DNA of 59,173 nt, counting the filler, from Circinaria calcarea (lineage: Eukaryota): the NCBI GenBank assembly GCA_051942165.1. It is 11 parts of 11 records of this genome, joined end to end, with 100 filler letters (N's around TTAATTAATTAA, not from the genome) between each part and the next. Parts side by side here need not be neighbours in the genome. Positions count along the whole stretch, not along the records: positions 48,516 to 53,796 come from JAVECS010001965.1; positions 53,897 to 59,173 come from JAVECS010001966.1; 9 more parts are not named here. The stretch is one strand, 5' to 3'. The notes under the pieces are model-generated. The model made no database searches and was not told the origin of the DNA. It saw nothing but the letters and a program-made list of their open reading frames with translations. This document shows, piece after piece, positions 48,981-59,173 of this stretch. Made by a program: the position numbers and the translations under genes. The first letter of the stretch is position 1; each line of letters opens with the position of its first letter.

Positions 48981-50964
48981 TCAAACCTCATTACTCGCAT
49001 AGCTCACCCTCTCGAGGGCGCAAAACTCCTCCTTCACACTCCGCATACTGACAAACCGTCCCAGCAAATTCACACTGCCCGCCTTGTCATTGGTGCCGCT
49101 CGCCCGCGCCCCCCCAAACGGCTGCTGCCCCACCACAGCCCCGGTACTCTTGCAGTTGATGTAAAAGTTACCCGCCGAATCCCGGAGCGCATCCTCGGCG
49201 AAGCGGATGGCCTCGCGGTCTTTGGCGAAGACGGAGCCCGTGAGGGCGTAATCGGATGTGGAGTCGACGAGCCTGCAGACGTCTGCGAAGGCGGTTGGGG
49301 AAGAGTCGTCATAGAGGTAGCAGGTGAGGATTGGGCCAAAGAGTTCGGTGCTGAGGAGGGAGTGAGAAGGAGAGGCGGCCAGGTAAATGGTGGGGTGGAT
49401 GAAGTAGCCCTTGCTGTCGTCGTAAGTGCCTCCGACGAGGAGTTCGAGGTCCTTGTCGTCCTTGGCGTCGTCGATGACTTTTGCGAGTTTTTTGAACGAG
49501 GCGGCGTGAATTACGGGGCCGACGAAGTTTGCAAAGTCTTCGACTGGGCCGACCTTGAGTGCTTTGGTTTCGGCAATCAGAGCTGGTTTGATAGATGGCC
49601 AGAGGGAAGAGGGAATATAGACGCGGGATGTGGCGCTGCATTTTTGACCTTGGTATTCAAAAGCGCCACGGACGGTGTTGATGACGCTGTTTTTGACATC
49701 GGCACTGTTATGAATCAGGTGATAGTTTTTACCACCTGTCTCGCCAACTATACGTGGGTAGCCTCGGTATCTATCCTCAGCGACGCCAGCACCAATTTTT
49801 CCAAAGAGACTGCGGAAAACAGCGGTGCTGCCGGTATAATGAAGGCTGGCAAATTGACGGTGGCTAAGCACGATGCTGGTAACCTCCTCGGCATCGCCCG
49901 GCACAAATTGGATAACGTTAGGAGGCAGACCGGCTTCCATCAGGATGCTATATACTATCCAATTTGAAGCAATTGCTGATGGCGATGGTTTCCAGACAAC
50001 AACATTTCCCATCAGAGCCGGAGCACAGGGAAGGTTTCCCCCAATGGCCGTGAAGTTAAAAGGGCTGACGGCATATACAAAACCTTCGAGGGGTCGATAT
50101 TCAACCCGGCTATGGTATGTTAGCCCAATGACTCAATACAGTCAAGGGGCATTCGAGACTGACTTCCAGACACCAGGCGAGTTATGCACCGGTTGCTGTG
50201 CATACATCTCCTGCGCATACTGTACATTGAATCTGGCGCAATCAGTACGACGATCCGGAGTAAGGGTATTCTTCCTCCAACTAACCGAAAAAAGTCACAG
50301 AGCTCTGCTGCGGCATCAATCTCGGCCTGCCACGCGTTCTTTCCCTGTCCAAGCATCGCTGTAGCCATGACCTCATATCGATACTTGCCAGCAATCAAAT
50401 CTGCGGCCTTGAGGAATATAGCAGCCCTGTCTGCAAAAGGCAGAGTTTCCCATGCTTGTTTGGCAGATAAAGCTGAATCGATTGCTTTGGACACATCGGA
50501 AGCGCTCGCATTCGAGTATTTGGCAATGGGATCTGAATGCGAGGATGGATTGGCTTGTGTAAGGAGGGACTCGCTCTTGATCTGATCCGTTTGTGTCAGG
50601 AGCAATCATCTTCGGTCTCAGCCGCGACTCACTTCTTTCCCTCCGATCACCGCGGGTACTTCGAGAGGAGCCTTCTTCTTCAATTGTTCGAGAGCAGATT
50701 CCAGCGCTTTCCGGTCTAGCGAGCCCTTTGCGTAGTGTTTCTAGCCATTGGAAGTCAGACAACGGATGCAACGTGTCTCGATATGGTGGCTGGCCTTACA
50801 TTGGGCTCGTTGTCCACCTTTGGGACCTTGTATGTAGCTATTGTAGCCATGTTTACCGGAGCCTTATATGCGGATAGCCTGTAGAGCGATGCCAAGCTTC
50901 TTCCGTGAAGTCGAGGTTGATACGAACTGAGGGGAGAGAGATAGCGTAAGCTCTTTGTCGCCAT
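48981..50964 (-). CDS. PUT2: Delta-1-pyrroline-5-carboxylate dehydrogenase, mitochondrial (multi-exon; alternative ATG at 50994)
   Basis: QGKNAWQAEIDAAAELCDF, RPLEGFVYAVSPFNFTAIGGN, GETGGKN, AFEYQGQKCSA and GAVVGQQPFGGARASGTNDKAG. Confidence 0.96.
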
Positions 50965-51408
50965 TGACAGTTGGTGCAACTTACTTAAAGTCATCAGGTG
51001 GAGAACGGAGAAGCTCTCATTGCTTTTAGCTTGGCAGGCATTATACTACGGTAGATATATCTGTAGAGGGGTTTTGGCGGGGTAGTCTCATTTAAAGTTT
51101 GCACTAACCTTGTATGGCTAGCTTGTATGTACCTACCCGGCCAATGGCTCGCCGCCCGCACCCACAATGCAGAAAGGTGTCCCTTGTGACCACTCGGGAG
51201 ACCGCCTTGACAGAACGCTCTACGAGACGAACGAAGGTAGCAAATAAACAGCTTTGCACCCGGTCCAAGACATTCATTAAACCATTTAAGCTTCCGCCAT
51301 CTCAATCTTGGTCATCGTCTATATTGCAAGGGTCGCTTAGCTTCTTTTATGATCTCAGGATTTGAAAGTTCCAGCTTTACCGGAAGATAATCGTGACGCT
51401 AACTAACA

Positions 51409-51995
51409 ATGGATATTCTCCAAGGTAAAGCCTCCTCTCCTCTCTGATGAAGCGCCTTGTTTGAATGCGCTATTTAATCCTTCTAGATTACCTGCCCGCT
51501 GCCTTCTATTTCTACAATCAATATTATACCCCTTACGAACCATATCTCCGCCCTTTCCGCCGTTACTTCTACCTTGCCCAGTACTACTCCTTCCGCTATG
51601 TCTTCCCCTATCTGTGGCCTGCCTATAAGCTTCTCGGCAGACTCATCAGCAAGGCTACCAGCGACGCCCCCGATCTTGCCACCCTAGCCCTCCTGGCCTT
51701 CATCCTGTTCATGAGTCTTAAGCTACTGAACATGCTGCGGAGGCAGATCATGTATTGGATATCTCTAGGACTCCGGCTGGCGCTCTGGACCGGGATCGGT
51801 TTAGTAGGCTTCTATGTCTATCAGCGAGGACTGGACCAGAGTCTGGAGGACCTGGCTGGGTTGTTAAGCTTCTTGGCGCAGCTCGGGGATGAAGGGGAGA
51901 AGATCGGACAAACAAAAGCAAAGAGGAAAGCTGCCGAGGCAAGGAGAGCCGGTTCAGGACCGAGAGGACGGACAAGAGGTGGTGGATGGAGTTAA
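51409..51995 (+). CDS. Apq12-like nuclear envelope / nuclear pore assembly membrane protein (intron 51425-51486)
   Basis: A short MDILQ exon splices to the ORF. APDLATLALLAFILFMSLKLLNMLRRQIMYWISLGLRL resembles the Apq12 domain. Confidence 0.65.
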
Positions 51996-52348
51996 TCCGA
52001 CAGAGGTGATGGGTCCGGCGTTTGGGGCTTACGAGCGAATATAGATTTTCCAGACACCAGAAGAATGTCAGGCCGGCGTGGTTCCTGAGGTGTTCGGTCT
52101 GAGCACTAGACGCGAACAAAGATGTAGCTTTTTATACCATCTCAACCATTATGTTTGTGGGTAAAATAATTTGGTTTTCTCCTTCTATGAGAAGCCCACA
52201 GTTGTATCATTCCAATCGCCGAGCTCAAGCCGCCTCCAACGCCATCGCTATGCCCTTTGCCTATCTGACAACTTTCCAAAGCCAGGATCCGTGCAACCCG
52301 AGGCGTGTACGGATGCGTAGGTGAAATCTTGCTTCGTCCGGCAAGTCG

Positions 52349-53355
52349 TTACGACATTTCAGTATCCTCCCAAACATTTTCAAGTTCATCATTCGGCTCC
52401 CTTGGCTCTTGCGCTTCGTGATATTGAATGGCGTCGTCAATATAACTCAGGATGGCTCCGACGCTATCTTCATCCTGCACATCCAGCTGCAGAAATGATA
52501 CCATACTAAAGTCATCGATCAGTTGCGCAACAGCACGGTTGAGTCTCTTAAAGCTTTCCCCAGCCATAAGTGACTCTGAGGTAGATGGATCTGCGCCGCT
52601 GTCTCGGGATGAGAGGATAGCTGCATCTGTGTCACTCGGGTCATCGTCGAGCAATGAGGTATCAGGATCGATGAAACGTTTCAGCTCCTTCCTAGGGACA
52701 GATCCCTTGACAAGATCCATCTTGCTGAGTACGTTGACATGGGGCACTTCGAGCATGATCATGGCACTCATGGCTGATAGTGTGCCTGCAAAGTACTTTG
52801 CACGATCGATGACAAAGGTAGACTCGAGTAGGTAGGCGGCGCATAAGTTGACATTTAGAGCTCCCGTACGAGTAAGGTGTTTGACTAGGGCGGGCACAAC
52901 AGGTATGTGTGTGTAAAGCTCTATCTGGCCTGGCATATCAATTATTATAAGATACTCTTCCGTGAGGGGATCGATGGCTTCGGTGAGGAAGTCCAGGTTT
53001 TCTAAGAGAAACCTTGCAGATCGCAAATGTTAGATGTAATTCCGAGCTGCTCCAAGAAGGACATACTCAAAGCAATAGATAAGTCCACCGTTCGGACCCA
53101 AGCCCATTTCTTCCATAACATCTTCAAGGGATATCAAGTCTTTGATGTCTAGATCCGGCTCGTACGCAAAGTCTTCCGCAGCAGGATCAAGGTTGACATA
53201 AAAGCATGAGCGTTTGTTATGTCGGAGATGCTGTATCAAGGCGGAGCAGAAGGTTGTCTGATTGTTCGTTAGAGGTATCTCGGCCAAGGGTAGGGGATCG
53301 CGCACACCTTGCCGGCACCAGCCGGGCCCATCACGAGAACGCCAAACTTACTCAT
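52349..53355 (-). CDS. GPN3: GPN-loop GTPase 3 (3 exons)
   Basis: MSKFGVLVMGPAGAGK/TT, VNLDPAAE, GLGPNGGLIYCFE, DMPGQIELYTH and IDDAIQYHEAQEPREP. Confidence 0.94.
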
Positions 53356-53580
53356 GCTGGTGGGTAATCAATGTTTGTCATTCGTCAATCTCTCATCCTA
53401 AAGGAAGACTGCAGGCACACTCAATGGGAGCAGTTCTGCTGGCCCCAAGCGTGCTTGGTTGAGACTCATGCCGTCTTCTAGGGCAGAGAGCGGCAGGAGA
53501 CAGCCGAGCTCCAACCTTCGCGGCTTACCTACCAGATATCCCTTAGCTATGCCGCATCCGGTTAAATGCCGCAGCATATC

Positions 53581-53796
53581 CCCCCCCTCTATTTTTAATA
53601 ATTTATTATTATAAAACAACAGCAATAATTAACGCTATAAAAATTAAATATATATAAATAATAATTTAAATATTTAAGAAATAAATAAAGTTTTTAAATA
53701 TTATAATTTTAATCGTTTTTTTTACCTTTTCTTTTATTATAATATTATTAATTTTATTATTTTATTTATTATATTTTTTCTAGCCTCTAATAACTT
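53581..53796. repeat. Very AT-rich, TpA-rich tract, probably a RIP-degraded repeat edge
   Basis: Abrupt shift to almost pure A/T with abundant TA and TAA at the contig end. Confidence 0.6.
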
Positions 53797-53896
53797 NNNN
53801 NNNNNNNNNNNNNNNNNNNNNNNNNNNNNNNNNNNNNNNNTTAATTAATTAANNNNNNNNNNNNNNNNNNNNNNNNNNNNNNNNNNNNNNNNNNNN
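53797..53896. other. Artificial contig spacer 10
   Basis: N44-TTAATTAATTAA-N44. Confidence 0.99.
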
Positions 53897-55186
53897 ATTG
53901 TTTGCATGATGCCCTTCCCCAAAAGGATGGGCTCATTGTTATTTGTGTTGGCGTGGTCGCTTGTCAAGGCATCGGAACTGGTGGGTTTCTGTTGATGCTG
54001 CACAAGGGTATTACGGGTAGACAAGTGAATGTGATAGTTTCTCTTCTGAGTCGAGTAGGCTTCTGCACCTGGCCGGCGAAAGACGAGGAGGTAAACCGGT
54101 CGTAAAGCTGGGACACAGCCGGCCATGATGACAAGGTTTATCTCAATCCTGTTTTGTAATTGTCAAGTTAGATAATATCCACGTAACTAACCTGTAAAGG
54201 AACAGTCGAGGTCTTACGTATTCCAAATACACAGATCCACCGTATCCCCTGCTGTAGTGAGTTTTTTTATCAATTAACTTGGTCCATATATAGATAACTT
54301 ACATGTGAAGTCTGGTGCATCTCCCCAGGCTGCTGGGAACTTGGACACTTTCACACAAGCGCACACACAAGCACTAAGGGGGAAACTTAGACGGGCGGAG
54401 ATAGGAAGGGGTAGCAGCTCTCACATGACTCCTGTGCTTAAAAGTAAGCTGAGGTTGATCTTTTTCTGCTTTGACAATTGTAGTTTCCATATAATGGAAA
54501 CAGCAATGGCTGGAAGTACGACATCCAGTAATGCAGCGTAGCCTGTGTAGGTTGTTAGCTGCTTACTAGCACAACCATGGAACACATACTTGACAATGCC
54601 ATTGCAGAGATTGTCAAAACTTTGATAGACCAGCATTCGCTAACGACATCGGGTTTCCATAACGCTAGAGGGGGGTTGCACTGCGTGAAGGCGATAATGG
54701 ATTGGACGGCAAACGAGATAGCCAAGCTCAAGGCGGAAAAGTAAAGTAGACCACGCCGCAACTTATCTGGAGGTCCAAGTCGCAAAATCAGAAATGCCAC
54801 GGAAACCTTGCCAAGGGCAGTCGCCATGATACACACTGGTAGAGAGATCCAGTACAGCCTAAGTAAGACTTCCCGCTGAGGGAACGACAAGTAATAGACA
54901 TGACGACAACCTCCCGCTTTGGCATAGACGGTCCAGGTGATTGTAAACGAAAGCGTCAAGGCCTATAGATATGTTATTAGAGTCGTTGAAGACTGTTTTG
55001 CCCGCAATGCTATTATACCATGGTTATCAACATAAACCAGTCATCCCACCAGACATTGTGGGTCAACCTGATTCGACTGTACATCCTCATAATAACGAAC
55101 AAAAGAGCAATGAGGACCAACGGCCACTGAACGCCATTCAGAAGAGAAGCTCGATCTTGATCACCACCTGCAGGAGGGTAATCCAT
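53897..55186 (-). CDS. PTH11-like integral membrane protein (multi-exon, 3'-truncated)
   Basis: GGDQDRA..MRMYSR..WWDDWFM, GKVSVAFLILRL, QCNPPLALW, LDVVLPA..IWKLQL and EINLVIMAGCVPALRP. Confidence 0.85.
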
Positions 55187-56230
55187 TATGATGCTAAAGG
55201 TGAGTTGGGTACAAGTAGCAAGCTGTAGAGGTGAAGTCCGAACAAGGAATAAATTCAAGCCCGCTGGGAACTCTATATAAAAAGTGATCAAGGACAGTAG
55301 ATCTGAGAGAACGGCGTAGTCTACACATTAGAGAGCAAAAGCTTACTATCTGCCGCAAAAAAAAGCTGCGAGGCTGTAATAGCATCTGCTAGGAGCGGAT
55401 CGATTCCGGAGTTGTGCAGCCCCCTTCGTTTCGAATTCGCTCCACTGCTCCTATCCGATGGTCAAAACATACATATATAACTAGTGTGGGGTGCCTGACA
55501 GCTGCGGCGCTGACATCGTGTTGCGCAGGAAAGGGGCGCTGCCAGAAGATAAGGCTTCGGATTTCCTGTGCTATCGTCCTTGCTCGATCCATTGCCTTCT
55601 TAAATGAGACAAACCTTCGAGCTTTGCCGTATGTCGAGCTGCAGCCAACTTATCCAGTGTCACGCAGGAGGGATTGGAAGATTGGGGTCACCATGACTAG
55701 CGCCGAATAAGGAGGCAAGTACTCCTTCTGGTTTCTGTGGGATGGCGGTATCAAGATTTGGTGCCAGGCTGAGGATAAATTTAATCCCCGGCCTGGTGCA
55801 TGACTACCACCTTCCTCAACAAGAATCAAGAATACCTGTATAGATGATGGTGGGCTGTACGGAGTAAACCCATCCAGAACTGTGCCGTCCGAGGATTCTT
55901 CTGCCATAAGCCGCATACTGCAACTGTGCCAAGCGACTCGAGGTATATCCCTCATCGTCTGCTACCTGGTCGATCTCTTCAAGTCAGGGCAGCGCATTCG
56001 GCCCGCGACATGCATAGCAACGTGGACTGGGGTTCATTGGTAAACCTACATACTGGCAACACTATTAAATTCCGGTACTGTTACGGAACCCGACCGTCCG
56101 CCAAATACCTCAGCCTTCGAGAGTTTTCGGAGCCTTCTATTCAGCCATAGCACTCGGTAAGTGGACTGGTGGAGTGAAGTGGTAGAAGTCAAGGCATGAT
56201 AGAAACTGCAATTCATGCGATCGAGGTCCC

Positions 56231-56287
56231 GGTGACTGGCGACTGGCGACTGGCGACTGGTGACTGGTGATTGGTGATTGGTGACTT
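56231..56287. repeat. Heptamer tandem repeat (GGYGAYT) x8
   Basis: ggtgact ggcgact ggcgact ggcgact ggtgact ggtgatt ggtgatt ggtgact. Confidence 0.9.
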
Positions 56288-57033
56288 GAGCACTAGAGAT
56301 GGCTGACCGGGCCCAGATATTTCCTGCAAGTTCGGGGCAAGGCAAGTATCAATCGACGATCTCAAGCTGGTTGCGGCTTACTGGTTGGAGGTATTCTAAC
56401 GACGAATACCTGGCACGCACCCTGTGAAAGCAGTCTAGGCCGAAAGGAGCAGAAAGCGTTGGAAAGCATGTTGTCGGGCGGGAAGCACACTAAAGTCGCT
56501 CCGGCTTGTCCCCAGGCTTTCCCCCGGAAGATGCCTTTTACTACTTGAGCGCACTCCCTTACCTACTCCTACGCAATCCCCCGTTCCCCTTCTACTCCCA
56601 CGCACACCTGTCCCTATATATTTTCACCACCACACGCCTTAGATCTATTTCCGCCCCTGGAAAGTTTGGTTGCCGTGGTCTCCATGATACATTTCATTCA
56701 ACATGGTGAGATTACTAGTGGTTGGTCTCCTTCATCGACGGCTGTATTATTCCGATGCCTCGAGGCTATATAGGAACTGCAATTTAGGCCATTTCAACGG
56801 GCAGTGAGATTGCTCTCAGTGGCAACTTTACCCGGACCACCCGAGACAACCAACCTTGCCCTGCGCACGTTCCATGCCGCTGCCGGTCGTCTTGCTTCTG
56901 TGACTTCTCTGATCTTGAAGACATAAGGTAGTCAAGGCCACAGCCAGTGTTTTCATTCCTGCACTGCACATTCCAGTGCCTAGGTGTCAAAAGTCAGCTC
57001 GTTCGATCGGCTTTGGCCGCACATCTTGTCGCC

Positions 57034-58509
57034 ATGGACACAGCCGTAGCCTCGCTTCTTTCCCAAGTCCATACCTTTGGGAATCAGCTCTCCTCCTCAC
57101 CAGATGCCGAGACACGGTCGAAGTTACGAAAGGCAGTCACGAAGTTGAGTCTGGCACTGGAAAAGCCCGGAGATGTCTTGGAGCGAATCAGCATGCAGGT
57201 GAAGATGGTCTTGCTGACCGGCTTTTCCCGAGAATCATCTAACTCGCTGCGTGGTTTATGGAAGTTGTTGCCATTCGAATCGCTATCAATCTAGGATTGT
57301 TCCAAATCTTGCTGAAGAGTGAAAAGCCCAAGAACCTTGCTGAACTAGCCACGGAGATCGGGGCGGATGCTACCCTCCTCGGTATGTCTGTCGTACCTGT
57401 CTCCCTTTCCATTAAGAGGATTTGCGGCCGATGGAGAGTGCAGGTCGCACTTTACGGACGCTCGCTTCTGTCGGGGCTGTTGAACAAGCTGAGGATGAGT
57501 CGTACGTTCCTACCACAGTCTCATGGACAATGGTCGTACCTAAGCTGGCTGCTAGGGTAATATACACGTATGTAGCAATTCCCAATATGATCAAAACTAA
57601 ACCGCAAATCTCGAATCTTCGACTACGTGATACTAAAGAAAGACGCTTTTCACTCTAGATTCGATTGGCTTTCCCCGATTTGGAACTATCTGCCCAAGTA
57701 CCTAGCCGAGACGAATTATCAAAACCCTACCGATTCCAATCATACTCCCTTCAACCTAATGTACAGGACGGCAGAGAGGTGCATGCTATACACTGATCGG
57801 CATCCGGAATGGAAGGAACCCTTCCAGCTTTATATGTCTGGTTTCAATGAAGGTCGGCTAACTGGATGGACTTCTTCCCCGTCGAAGAGAAGCTTGGTAA
57901 GGGGGCTCGCCGTGATGAAGACGCTATTCTGGTTGTCGACGTCGGCGGTGGGTTCGGACATCAAGCTGTTGCTTTGAGGAAGAGATTCCCTAACCTTCCT
58001 GGCCGTTTTGTGCTCCAAGACCTTCCAAATGCGGTGGCAAGTCTCCAATTAGAAGGCATGGAAGCCACGGTACATGATTTTCTCAGGCTACAACCCTTGA
58101 AGGGTAAGAACAAAGACTTATTCTCGGTCGCTTGATAGCTATTCCAATCCCTTGCGAGCTATACTGACCGTAACCTCCCTTTGCAGGTGCTCGCGCTTAC
58201 TACTTCCGTAACGTTCTCCACGACTGGAGCGACGAAATGTGCCATACAATACTCACCGAGACCCGTCAAGCCATGGTCCCTTTCTACAGCAAACTGCTTA
58301 TCAACCAATGGGTCGTTCCTACACGGCACTCTACTCGTTTCATGAAATTTCAGGATTTGAACATGATGGCTTTACTGGCGGTGATGGAACGGATGGAGAA
58401 GTAATGGGAGGAGTTGTTGGATAAGGCGGGATTTCGAATTGAGTAGATCTGGAAGTTGAATGATGATGTGAGCGAGAGTTTGATCGAGGCTGTGGTCAAA
58501 GACGGATGA
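57034..58509 (+). pseudogene. SAM-dependent O-methyltransferase (secondary-metabolism type), disrupted
   Basis: Motifs LVVDVGGGFGHQ, LQDLP, HDF..QPLK/GARAYYFRNVLHDWSD and MER. A frameshift near 57858 and in-frame TAA 58402-58404 and TAG 58444-58446. Confidence 0.88.
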
Positions 58510-59127
58510 ATGGTGAAAATCTAAAGTGGATCCAGACAGCAACGGGAGCGGAACACAAGGCGTAAGAAGTAGCTCTGGAAAGAATCGACATGGAAGATTC
58601 TACACACTTTGGCTCAACCCAATTACAAAAAGGAGAAAATAGCGTCAGACAACTCATTGGCCTGTTCAGCAACAAGAAACGATAAAAATGAAGGCTAGCT
58701 TCCACCAACGGAATACGTGTTTTATCAGTTTGCTAGTTTGCCAACCGATTCAATGATTTAATGAAGACTTGTGTATACACATACACATCACCGAAAATGA
58801 TGTTTCCCCATTATAGAGCCTCCACCCTTCCCTCCCCCTCTTTCCCTAGTTCAAAGTGCCTCCAATCCTAACACCCGATAGCAACATACACGAGTCCTAA
58901 ACTACACTGCACTGACTGACAGTATACAGTAAGGTGTATTACCAACGGTAACCAAAACCATATATAACACGCGAGAGTGCGGGCGCGCGCGCACGTGAGA
59001 TTTTTCAAATAAAGGACTTTTATTTTACATACACAGCACACACAGCCTCTCCGCCCCGCCCCCCAAAAAACCACGCTTTTTTTTCTTTTCCAAGACTTGC
59101 TCCCGAGAAAAGAAAATAGTTGTAATG

Positions 59128-59170
59128 GGTATCGGTATAGGTATAGGTATAGATATAGGTATAGGTATAG
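59128..59170. repeat. (GGTATA)n hexamer repeat at the contig end
   Basis: Read directly from the sequence. Confidence 0.85.
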
Positions 59171-59173
59171 TAC

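Noticed and set aside
633..58446. Stop-codon reassignment or readthrough (TGA/TAG at Trp, TAA at Gln positions)
   Set aside because: All three stops terminate intact genes here, long core ORFs have no internal stops, and most affected genes also carry frameshifts.
10796..58509. One large secondary-metabolite cluster (UbiA, esterase, MFS, C6 factor, O-methyltransferase)
   Set aside because: The genes lie on different contigs joined artificially, and no core synthase is present.

Overview
Filamentous ascomycete (Pezizomycotina) nuclear DNA with short GT-AG introns and CTAAC/CTGAC branch points; a lichen-type Lecanoromycete is plausible but is inference only. The window is not contiguous. It is 11 unrelated contigs of 5298 down to 5277 bp, sorted by length and joined by 100-bp artificial spacers (N44-TTAATTAATTAA-N44), so synteny holds only within each contig. 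The highlight is contig 1 (1-5298), a MAT1-2 mating-type idiomorph with an intact-looking HMG-box MAT1-2-1 and a divergently transcribed auxiliary gene. Its APN2 neighbour survives only as a damaged 3' fragment fused in frame to a truncated Crypton-like (tyrosine recombinase) sequence. Its other flank holds two related, oppositely oriented LTR-like elements instead of SLA2. This suggests a transposon-bounded, relocated or duplicated MAT cassette. The other contigs carry housekeeping genes with no lesions seen (UNG1, LEA1/U2A', VPS15, PUT2, GPN3, Apq12-like, SUN/GH132, DUF202, Tls1-like, intron-containing tRNA-His) and accessory genes (cupin, esterase, MFS, permease, Zn2Cys6 factors, three PTH11-like genes). 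There is also a high density of pseudogenised accessory genes and an ORF whose N-terminus resembles a LINE ORF1. All family assignments are from motif recognition, not database searches.
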